A DNA stretch of 64,000 nucleotides from a virus, in the IMG/VR virus record IMGVR_UViG_3300010276_000001. The stretch is one strand, 5' to 3'. The first letter of the stretch is position 1, and each line of letters begins with the position of its first letter. The translations under genes and the position numbers were made by a program. Below, one piece after another: positions 26,888 to 35,754 of this stretch. Under the pieces are notes generated by a model that made no database searches, was not told the DNA's origin, and saw nothing but the letters and a program-made list of their open reading frames with translations.

Positions 26888-27670
26888 ATGCAACCAATTG
26901 TATTCTCTAAAGCCGGTAAGATAAGATTAAACAAATACGTTAATGGTGTTCCGGTTATGAGCCCTGAAACAACTTTTACACGTGCAGGCATTGTCCAATC
27001 TATACAGCCGAATATTACTATTAACGGTACCCCTATCACTGACGGAAATAGTCTTTGGAATGCTGCTAACCCTGATACCAATATCGAAGGTAACCTTGTT
27101 GTTACTTTAGGAAGTATGCCGCCAGACTTGTATGCTTTTATTATGGAAGATACAATCAAAGACCATGCGAGCATTTCATTCCCTGTCAATGATGAGGAAC
27201 TTGTCGTACCTTCTACTTCCCCATTTGAAGTTACATTAAAACATACGCCTGACGATTCAAGACCGATTATCCTAGTTGATGCAGATGCTTCAGCATGGGC
27301 TAAAGTAAGTGCTACTCCTGCTGCTGGTCAATATCAGATAAGTGCAAGCGCTGTCATATTCAATAGTGCTGATGCCGGTAAGAGCGTATTTATTACTTAT
27401 GATTATACTGCTACTAATGCAAAATCTTTCGGTTTGCCGAAAGAACCAAAGAGAAAATCTTATGAAATGGTTATCTCCACAGAGGCAGTAGGTGAAGATG
27501 AATCTACAGATTATAATGTTGCGCTTGTTGTAGATAGGTGTAAAGTTAACGGTTCCATCAATCCACCACAAATAGGAAAAGAACCGCAGCCTGTATCAAT
27601 TACATTTAATATCCAAAGACCACGTGGTGGAAAACGTGCTCTTGATATTATTATGGCTAAGGGGGAATAA
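26888..27670 (+). CDS. major tail (tube) protein
   Basis: ~260 aa, beta-rich, upstream of chaperones and tape measure. Confidence 0.75.
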   Translation: MQPIVFSKAGKIRLNKYVNGVPVMSPETTFTRAGIVQSIQPNITINGTPITDGNSLWNAANPDTNIEGNLVVTLGSMPPDLYAFIMEDTIKDHASISFPVNDEELVVPSTSPFEVTLKHTPDDSRPIILVDADASAWAKVSATPAAGQYQISASAVIFNSADAGKSVFITYDYTATNAKSFGLPKEPKRKSYEMVISTEAVGEDESTDYNVALVVDRCKVNGSINPPQIGKEPQPVSITFNIQRPRGGKRALDIIMAKGE

Positions 27671-27673
27671 CCT

Positions 27674-28000
27674 ATGACTAATATGGAGGCAAAGACTCCC
27701 GTTCCGTTCTCTGTGATGAATGGCGACGGTGAGTCTTTTATTGTTGGCGATAAAAAATATACTGTGAGACCTATGTTAGTTGGTGATGCATTAAAATTTG
27801 CAGAAGATGGACTTTCTATAAGTTCTCAATTGTTTAATCTTGCTAACAAAGAAGCAAAAGAAAAACTAGACTTCTATTTGTCACAATATTGCTTTGATGA
27901 AAACAAAGACCCAATGACAATTGAAAAAGTTATTGCTGACAAATGGAGCATTATTGATTTGAAAAACTTTTTACGAAAGTTGTGTGATTTATCGGGCTGA
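27674..28000 (+). CDS. tail assembly chaperone
   Basis: Position between tube and tape measure genes. Confidence 0.65.
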   Translation: MTNMEAKTPVPFSVMNGDGESFIVGDKKYTVRPMLVGDALKFAEDGLSISSQLFNLANKEAKEKLDFYLSQYCFDENKDPMTIEKVIADKWSIIDLKNFLRKLCDLSG

Positions 28001-28404
28001 TGAAGGCTCCTTCTGAAGAAGAAGGAGCCCACAAATATAATAATTGGACTTTAAATGAACTTATTGCGGAATGCAGAAGAAGAAAACTTGAATTTGATGA
28101 TACTGATGATAAAACGGATTTAATTTCTATTTTGTTAAAAGATGATAAAAAGCCACCTGATTGGGGTGTTATATATACACGTCTTCTTAATGCAGGATTA
28201 AGATATGATGAAATACCTAAAAGAACAATTCCTCAAATTGAGGCCATACTTGGCGAATGGGCATATTTAATAAGCATAAAAATGCCTAATATTTTTGGTT
28301 CTTTACCTACAGAACCATCATCATCTTCCCTGCCAAATGACGGCAAGCCTCCGAAAGTAAGTGAATTTATAGCATTAGCAAACATGTTCAGTGGCATTCA
28401 ATAG
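28000..28404 (+). CDS. second tail chaperone ORF with SAP/HeH-like segment
   Basis: TGATG coupling; YNNWTLNELIAECRRRKL...KTDLISIL. Confidence 0.6.
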   Translation: MKAPSEEEGAHKYNNWTLNELIAECRRRKLEFDDTDDKTDLISILLKDDKKPPDWGVIYTRLLNAGLRYDEIPKRTIPQIEAILGEWAYLISIKMPNIFGSLPTEPSSSSLPNDGKPPKVSEFIALANMFSGIQ

Positions 28405-28410
28405 TAAAGC

Positions 28411-31400
28411 GTGGTGATACAAATGGCAGAACATGATGAATCCATGGTTAAAATAATCCAAACACTTGGTTTAGACTATGGGCCAGCCATTAAATCAACA
28501 AAATTATTTGAAGCACAGATTGAAAGTTTAAATAAACAGCTTCTTGAATTAAAAGCAAATGCCTTACAAGGTGCAAAAGAAATAAATCAAATATTTGCTT
28601 CACAGCTTGGTTCTCTTGGTGGCGGCAAGACTATTCTGGACCAATGGGGACAGCCAATAAAAACTATTCAAACAGAAGCTTCAAAACTTGGTACTGGAAT
28701 AGCAAATAGTTTTGAAACTGCTTCAAGTGCAGCTCAAAAACATGGTCAATCTGTTCAAGACGTTGCTAAAAAGTATAGTACATTTGCGTCGGAATGGCAA
28801 AGAAGAAGTTCATGGTTTTTAAGTGAACAACTCTTCCGTGGTACTATTAATGCAGCGAAAGAAACTGTACAATCTATAGCTGAAGTTGAAACAGCTATAA
28901 TGCAAATCGGAAGAGTAATGGAAGACCCTGCTTTTAATTCTAAAGAATTCAGAGACGAATTACTTAAGACTGCACGTGAATATGGTCAAGAGTTTGATGT
29001 TGCTTCTGATGTTGCGTTAAGATTTGCACAGGCTGGTTATAGCGTAAAAGATACCCTTGATTTAACAAAAACAGCTTTATTAGCCGTTAATTCTGCTGAA
29101 TTAGATGCTAAAAATGCAACTGAATCAATGATTGGTATTATGGCACAGTGGAATTTAACTGCAAATGAACTTCCTCTTGTGCTTGATAAAATCAACAAAG
29201 TTGGTGACGATTTTACTGTCACATCACAAGATTTGGTTGATGGTCTGTTACGTTCTTCTGGTGCCGCAAAAGTTATGGGAATGTCACTGGAAGATACTAT
29301 TGCAACATTAACAGTAATGCGTGAAGCATCTGGAAGAACTGGTCGTGAAGTTGGTAATGCTTTAAACTCAATCTTATCTTACATACAAAGACCTAAATCA
29401 ATAGACGTATTCGAATCTCTCGGCATTAAAATGTTTGTAGATGAAGCAAGGACACAATTCAGACCAGTAATGCAAATATTTCAAGAATTATCACAAAAAT
29501 GGAATACTGCAAGTGCAGAAATCAAAGACGCTTTTGTTGCTGCTGCTGAAGAATCCGGATTATTTAGTGAAGAATTGGCTATTGCCATGGATTCACAAGA
29601 AGAATATGCCGAAATGGTAAGAAATGTTGCAGCAGAAACAGAAAAATTTACAGACGTGCAAAAACGTGACGCTGCACAAGCCGCAGCTGGTGTATATCGT
29701 AGGAATTATCTTATAGGATTATTAGAAAGATTCGCACGTACACAAGATGTTCTTATATCAATGCAGGAAGCAGAAGGCTATTCCATGCGTGAGAATGCAA
29801 GATATATGGAAACACTTGAAGCCAAGTACAATCAATTAAAAGTATCAGCCATGGAACTTGCCGTTGCCATTGGTGATGCTGGTCTATTAGATGCATTAAA
29901 AGGTATCGTTGACGGTACCTCAAATGCAATCCAAGCATTTAATAATCTTGACCAGTCATTACAGACTTTAATTATTACCGCTGGAGAATTATTGGCTCTT
30001 GCAAGTGCAATAAAAAACATCGGTTCACTTTTTGGAATAAATGCGACTTTAGGCAGTGCAGTAAAAGCTATGTCAACATTAATTCCTGGGTGGGGTAAGT
30101 TAATACCACTGATATTAGCTGCTGCAAGTGCTATAGGACTTTATGCATACAATCAACATAGTGCTACTAAACAAGAAACAGAAGATACCATTAGCAGAAT
30201 CAATGCTAGGCAAAATGAAATATCACAGATAGAATCATTAAAAAGTCAATATGAGCAACTTGCAAAGTCAGGTAACATCACTGAAGAAGCAAAAAAATCT
30301 TTATTTAATATCCAAAAACAATTAATAGATTCTTATGGGATTGAAACCGGTGCTATTGATTTGGTCAATGGTAAATATGGTGACCAAATTAAAATTATTG
30401 ATAACTTAATTCAAAGCAAAAAAGACTTAAATGCCGTAGAGCTTGAAGCCCAAAGAATTAAAGCAATAGACTTCTTAGGAACTGAAGATATTACTAAAAT
30501 TTCACTAAAAGGCATAATCGATCCATTTAGTGATACTGAAACCAATAGAATAATAGAAAGAGTAAGAAACTTAGCAAAAGAAGTTGGTGCCATTGCAGGC
30601 TTTAATTGGGCAGGCGTAGGTAATGTTATAGAATTTAAAGGTAATCCGGAAGAAAAGCTTAAAGTACTTACAGAATATTATAAAAAACTTAAAGAAATTG
30701 AACGTGAAATAGATGATGACGAATATGGAACATTTAAAAATCTATTAAGTGATGTAAGCACAGAAATTGCAAATCTTAATAGAGAAGTTACCAACCATAA
30801 AAGTATATTAGAACAATACAATAGATTAAACTTCAATGAAACCTTGAGCGGAACAATTAATAAAGTTAAAGAGTTACAATCCTCAATGAAAGATAGTAAA
30901 GACATCGATTCTGTTAATCAACAATTAGAACAGTACAAACAAGAATTAATAAATTCTGCCGAAGCACAAGGAAAGCTGTCTGAATGGATGCCTTATATTA
31001 ATGAATTATTTAACCAAACTGCAAATTCAGCAAACAACGCCGCAAATGGTATTGATAATCAAACAAACTCTGTAATTCAGTCTATTAAAAGGATAAGTGA
31101 CCTCGCTGAAACAATAGGACTGGTCAATGATGCTTTATATAAAATGCAAAAAGGGGAAAATTTAAGCACAAAGGAAACATTAGAGCTGCTTGAAGCACAT
31201 AGTGAACTTCTCCCCTATCTTGAACAAACTGAAAATGGATATAAAATTAATGCTACTGCACTTGAAAATTTAAAGCAAAAGTTAATTGATAATGAGATTA
31301 CTACTTTAAATTCGCAGGCTAACAGTACAAGAGCTACAATAGAACAGACTGCTCAAAGAATAGGTGCTTATAATCTTGAAATTGAAGCTATTAGTAATCT

Positions 31401-33516
31401 TCAAACTGCACAAAGAGAAGCTGCAAAGCTTAGGTTAGGACAATCTGATGTAGGTATAGGTAGCCTTACTTATGAACAGTATAAAGCAACAATGGCTGCA
31501 TCTGGATTAGAACTTGATTATAAATCAGCAGATGAATTTGAAAAAGCAAAAGCCGAACAGCAAAATCTTTATAAACAAATTATTGATTATGGAGAATTAC
31601 TTGAACGTAACGAGAAATTAATAGAAATACTTAATAGTAGAACCTTCGGAGTTGGCAAGTCTACTTTTAATGACATTAATAAAAATAAAGACAAAGAAGC
31701 AAACAAAGCTCTTGACAATTATATTAAAAGACTTAATTTTAAAAAGAATATGGATGAGCTTTCTATTGAAGATGAAATTGCTGGTTATCAATATGCTTAT
31801 GATTATCTTGCAAAAACAGAAGATGAAAAAATGGATTTAATGGTCAAAATCCATAATGCACAGAAAAAATTGCAGGAAGATTTATTTAACAATCAGTTAA
31901 AGTTAATTAATCGCAAAGTTAAACTTGGAGAATGGTCCACTGAGCAAGAGATTAACGAATTAAGATGGACATTACAAGCATTCGCATTTACCGCTGAACA
32001 GAAAGAACAAATTATCGAAAGAATATATGACAAAGAGAAGCAACTGCAAAAAGAACGCTTAGCAGACTCTAAAAAATGGATTGCAGAACAAAAAGAGTTT
32101 GACTTACTCACTATTGAAGAAGAAATTGCGGCGTGGGAAAGAGTTAAAGTAAATCAAATTGATAATATAGAAGCAGTTAAAGAAGCTGAAAAGAATCTTC
32201 ATCAATTACGGAAAAAGCAAAATGAAGAATTTATAAATCTTACGGAAAAAACCTATGAACATTGGGCTAAAGTTGGAGTATATACCATAGAGCAGCAAAT
32301 TGAAAAGCTTAAAGAGTTGCATAAGCATAAACAGTATGATGCTTACGAAGAAATGAAACATATTGAAACTCTTCAAGATTTATATAAGGAATTAATCGAA
32401 GAAAGATTAGACGGAATTAAAGAAGCTGCTGAAGCAAGCATTCAAGCTATAGAAGATGAATATGAGACAAGGATTAAGGCTGAAAATGACTTAATTGATA
32501 AACTTGATAAAAAGCAGAAAGCTCTTAAAAGGCTCCGTGAAGATGAAGATTACGAGAAAAAGCGTAAGGAACTTCTTGAAAAACGTCGCTATCACGAGAT
32601 TAGAACAGGTGAAGAACATACCAAAGCCATTATTGATATTGACAAAGAATTAGCTGAACTTGAAGAAGAAATTAACCGCACTAAAGAAGACAGAAAAATT
32701 GAAGATGAAAAAGATGCTGCACAGGATAGGATTAATAATTTAGAAAATGAACGAGACGAAAAAATAAAGATAATCAATCAAGAACTAAAAAAAATTGAAG
32801 AGTTATTCGATGATAACAAAATTGACCTTATCTCTCTTGCTATGGCTACTTCTAATGGTATGTTTGAAGAATATGACAAGAACTTCTTCCAAAAAATGAA
32901 ACAAGCTATGCAAGACCTTAACTTTGAATCAACCAAAATAGGTAAAAATAAAACAATATCTCTTCCGGATGTAGCAGATATTATTTCAGACACAGAAAGT
33001 GCGATTGATAATTCAAAACCAGATATGAAAGCTATCCGTAGTCTTTTTAATGAAATAACATGGCTTAAAGGTGAATGGGCAAAAGCCAGTTCAGAAGAAG
33101 AAAGAAATCGAATAGCTTCTGATGCTCAAGTTTATTATCGACAACTTGAAGCATTGCCTGGCGGTAGTGCATATGCAGCTATGTTACGGAAAATGTCTTA
33201 TGAAGATGCCTTTAAGTACTTGAAAAATCAAAATAACTGGAACTATCCTATTGCACATACTGGCGGTTTATCAGCAGATTATGGATATTACTACTTGAAA
33301 CCAGGTGAACTAATAGTACGTTCAGATTTAACATCAGGACTTGAAAAACTTCTGTCTGCATTTAACAGAAAATCAACATCTTCAACTATGATGGATAATA
33401 GTAAACATACTTCTATAGGCACGTTATTGAATGTTGAACATATGCACATGGAAGATGATATTGATGGCGATATTCTTTCAAGGCAACTGCAAAGGACAAT
33501 TTTAGCGATACGTTAA
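28411..33516 (+). CDS. tail tape measure protein (TP901-like core)
   Basis: 1701 aa helical; ALRFAQAGY, REASGRTGREVGNALNSI; C-terminal AHTGG...PGELIV. Confidence 0.92.
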   Translation: MVIQMAEHDESMVKIIQTLGLDYGPAIKSTKLFEAQIESLNKQLLELKANALQGAKEINQIFASQLGSLGGGKTILDQWGQPIKTIQTEASKLGTGIANSFETASSAAQKHGQSVQDVAKKYSTFASEWQRRSSWFLSEQLFRGTINAAKETVQSIAEVETAIMQIGRVMEDPAFNSKEFRDELLKTAREYGQEFDVASDVALRFAQAGYSVKDTLDLTKTALLAVNSAELDAKNATESMIGIMAQWNLTANELPLVLDKINKVGDDFTVTSQDLVDGLLRSSGAAKVMGMSLEDTIATLTVMREASGRTGREVGNALNSILSYIQRPKSIDVFESLGIKMFVDEARTQFRPVMQIFQELSQKWNTASAEIKDAFVAAAEESGLFSEELAIAMDSQEEYAEMVRNVAAETEKFTDVQKRDAAQAAAGVYRRNYLIGLLERFARTQDVLISMQEAEGYSMRENARYMETLEAKYNQLKVSAMELAVAIGDAGLLDALKGIVDGTSNAIQAFNNLDQSLQTLIITAGELLALASAIKNIGSLFGINATLGSAVKAMSTLIPGWGKLIPLILAAASAIGLYAYNQHSATKQETEDTISRINARQNEISQIESLKSQYEQLAKSGNITEEAKKSLFNIQKQLIDSYGIETGAIDLVNGKYGDQIKIIDNLIQSKKDLNAVELEAQRIKAIDFLGTEDITKISLKGIIDPFSDTETNRIIERVRNLAKEVGAIAGFNWAGVGNVIEFKGNPEEKLKVLTEYYKKLKEIEREIDDDEYGTFKNLLSDVSTEIANLNREVTNHKSILEQYNRLNFNETLSGTINKVKELQSSMKDSKDIDSVNQQLEQYKQELINSAEAQGKLSEWMPYINELFNQTANSANNAANGIDNQTNSVIQSIKRISDLAETIGLVNDALYKMQKGENLSTKETLELLEAHSELLPYLEQTENGYKINATALENLKQKLIDNEITTLNSQANSTRATIEQTAQRIGAYNLEIEAISNLQTAQREAAKLRLGQSDVGIGSLTYEQYKATMAASGLELDYKSADEFEKAKAEQQNLYKQIIDYGELLERNEKLIEILNSRTFGVGKSTFNDINKNKDKEANKALDNYIKRLNFKKNMDELSIEDEIAGYQYAYDYLAKTEDEKMDLMVKIHNAQKKLQEDLFNNQLKLINRKVKLGEWSTEQEINELRWTLQAFAFTAEQKEQIIERIYDKEKQLQKERLADSKKWIAEQKEFDLLTIEEEIAAWERVKVNQIDNIEAVKEAEKNLHQLRKKQNEEFINLTEKTYEHWAKVGVYTIEQQIEKLKELHKHKQYDAYEEMKHIETLQDLYKELIEERLDGIKEAAEASIQAIEDEYETRIKAENDLIDKLDKKQKALKRLREDEDYEKKRKELLEKRRYHEIRTGEEHTKAIIDIDKELAELEEEINRTKEDRKIEDEKDAAQDRINNLENERDEKIKIINQELKKIEELFDDNKIDLISLAMATSNGMFEEYDKNFFQKMKQAMQDLNFESTKIGKNKTISLPDVADIISDTESAIDNSKPDMKAIRSLFNEITWLKGEWAKASSEEERNRIASDAQVYYRQLEALPGGSAYAAMLRKMSYEDAFKYLKNQNNWNYPIAHTGGLSADYGYYYLKPGELIVRSDLTSGLEKLLSAFNRKSTSSTMMDNSKHTSIGTLLNVEHMHMEDDIDGDILSRQLQRTILAIR

Positions 33517-33574
33517 TCTCAAATAACAGAAGAAGCGAAATAAATCGCTTCTTCTTAATCTTTATACGAAAGGA

Positions 33575-34063
33575 ATGGTAAATATGACCGAAAGAACTTT
33601 AGAAGCTACAGGAGGATTATTTGGCTTTATTATAGCGGCTTTTTGGGGTAGCTGGCAAATAGTAATTGTATTATTGGTTCTTTATGGAATATTTTTATTA
33701 TGCAACTTAATAACTGGTCTATTATATGCTTTTCAAACCAACACATATGACCGACAAATTGCATTTAAAGCTACATTAAGGAAAGCAGGTGTACTAATTG
33801 GTATATTTGCTTTTATGGTGCTGGATTGGGTGTTAATAGGACTATGTTCAAGCTTTAATATTGCTTATAAATTACCTTTTTTGTATGCTTTTTTTACGAG
33901 TTATCAAGCTATGCACGAATTCACAAGTATGCTTACGAATCTCAAAAAACTCGGCAACAAAATCCCTACAGCTATTGAAAAAGCAGCAAAAAAAGCAGCA
34001 GATGATTTAGATAGGGGTAAAATACCAGGATTACCTAATTTCAAAGGAGATGAAGAAGAATGA
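33575..34063 (+). CDS. holin (phage holin family 4-like)
   Basis: Three hydrophobic segments, EFTSMLTNLKKLG..IP motif. Confidence 0.8.
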   Translation: MVNMTERTLEATGGLFGFIIAAFWGSWQIVIVLLVLYGIFLLCNLITGLLYAFQTNTYDRQIAFKATLRKAGVLIGIFAFMVLDWVLIGLCSSFNIAYKLPFLYAFFTSYQAMHEFTSMLTNLKKLGNKIPTAIEKAAKKAADDLDRGKIPGLPNFKGDEEE

Positions 34064-34800
34064 AAATATTCATTGACCCTGGTCATAACGGCCGAGGAGT
34101 AGACCCTGGGGCAGTTGGTCTAAGTGGATTGTTAGAATGTGATGTTGCTCTTGCAGTAGCAAGGTTAGTTAATAAAAAACTACAATATAACGGCATTGAA
34201 ACAAAAATGTATCGTGACGGTGATGTTCCGTATTATGGCGGCAGTAGCAATTCAGATTTAAAACGCAGATGTATTCTCGCTAATAATTGGGGTGCTGATT
34301 ATTTTATTTCTATCCATTGCAATAGTGCAAGTCCGGCTGCACATGGAACAGAAACATATTGCTATAAGTTTGGCGGCAATGGTGAAAAGTTGGCCAGAAT
34401 CATTCAAGATAAATTAATCCATACGACCGGATTGACGAATCGTGGTGTTAAGGAAGGTAACTTTGCCGTCATTAGAGATACTAATATGCCTGCTGTATTA
34501 ACCGAATTAGCTTTTATTAGCAACTTGCAAGAAGAAAAAATTCTTGCAAGTCCACAATGGCATGACATAATGGCTACTGCTATTGCAAGTGGAATATGTG
34601 AATTTGTTGGAATTCAATATAAAAAGGAGGTAATTAATTTGAAAGACTATGAGAACCATTGGGCTAAAAACGATATTGAGTATTGTATGAATGAAGGTAT
34701 CTTTGCTCAATCTGATACTTTCAGACCTGATGAGCAGTTAACACGTGCTGAAGCTGCTGTTATTATGGCAAGACTTCTTAAAAAAGTAAAGGGGGCATAA
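34060..34800 (+). CDS. endolysin: N-acetylmuramoyl-L-alanine amidase (Amidase_3) + SLH-like tail
   Basis: IDPGHNG, E, ISIHCNS, PAVLTELAF; HWAK...FRPDEQLTRAEAAVIMAR. Confidence 0.93.
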   Translation: MKIFIDPGHNGRGVDPGAVGLSGLLECDVALAVARLVNKKLQYNGIETKMYRDGDVPYYGGSSNSDLKRRCILANNWGADYFISIHCNSASPAAHGTETYCYKFGGNGEKLARIIQDKLIHTTGLTNRGVKEGNFAVIRDTNMPAVLTELAFISNLQEEKILASPQWHDIMATAIASGICEFVGIQYKKEVINLKDYENHWAKNDIEYCMNEGIFAQSDTFRPDEQLTRAEAAVIMARLLKKVKGA

Positions 34801-34806
34801 TTTATT

Positions 34807-35106
34807 ATGACATTGATACAATCAATAATTACTGTTTCATTGGCTATTACTTCCCTCGCATGCGTGTTTTACCTGTTTAAAACAAAACAATATGACAGGC
34901 TTAGAAAAATTGCTTATCAGTTAATCCTTCAAGCAGAAAGAGCATATACCAATGGTAACTTTAAAATGAATTTTGTTGTTGATACAATCTATAATACATA
35001 TTTCCCTCCTTGGCTTAAAATATTTGTTACTAAAGATGATTTAAAAGCACAACTGCAAATATGGTATAACGAAATAAGAGAATACTTACAGGACAAGCAA
35101 ATATAA
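34807..35106 (+). CDS. second holin-like protein (single N-terminal TM)
   Basis: N-terminal TM then AYQLILQAERAY..G..K pattern. Confidence 0.65.
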   Translation: MTLIQSIITVSLAITSLACVFYLFKTKQYDRLRKIAYQLILQAERAYTNGNFKMNFVVDTIYNTYFPPWLKIFVTKDDLKAQLQIWYNEIREYLQDKQI

Positions 35107-35161
35107 CTTAAAATACGAACCGTTCTAAAAAACGGTTTTTTTATTGTATTAAGATAAGGAG

Positions 35162-35689
35162 TTGATAATAATGTTTGAAAAAGCTAAAGGTATAGATAAT
35201 GTTGCTATTAATACTGGTGTTGGGGTTTGTGAGAAAATAAGTTGGAAACCAAAATGGAAAATTGAGAAATTTAACAAACATGGTGAATTATATGCTACAG
35301 AAGAATTTGACGGCAACTTATTACTGAATGAAGGAATAAATGAATTACTTAAACTATTAATCGGTGGTTCTGCTACTGCATATAGTAGTGCTAATGCATA
35401 TATTGGTGTTGGTGATGGTACCACTGCTGCAAATGCAACACAAACAGGATTAGTAGGTACGAATAAGGCCTATGCACCAATGGATGCCACATATCCGCAA
35501 GTAAATAATCAAACCGTTACTTTTATGGCTACATTCGGTGCCGGTCAAGCTGCTTTTGCGTGGAAAGAATTTACTGTATGTAATTCTAATAGCGATTCTG
35601 GAAAAAACCTTAACCGTAAAGTAGAAGACCATGGTACAAAATCAACGCTTGATACATGGAGAATTTCATGCTCAATAACAATATCATAA
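35162..35689 (+). CDS. virion tail/baseplate protein
   Basis: LLNEGINELL...YIGVGDGTTAA...ANFAWKE-like pattern typical of phage tail proteins. Confidence 0.6.
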   Translation: MIIMFEKAKGIDNVAINTGVGVCEKISWKPKWKIEKFNKHGELYATEEFDGNLLLNEGINELLKLLIGGSATAYSSANAYIGVGDGTTAANATQTGLVGTNKAYAPMDATYPQVNNQTVTFMATFGAGQAAFAWKEFTVCNSNSDSGKNLNRKVEDHGTKSTLDTWRISCSITIS

Positions 35690-35754
35690 ACATCTTAATT
35701 TAGAAAGCAGAGTTTCAGGGCTCTGCTTTATTTTTATATAAAGGATGTGATAAT

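Noticed and set aside
27950-28002. Programmed -1 frameshift between tail chaperone ORFs
   Set aside because: The -1 frame has a TGA at 27985-27987 after the only slippery-looking run; the TGATG overlap suggests translational coupling instead
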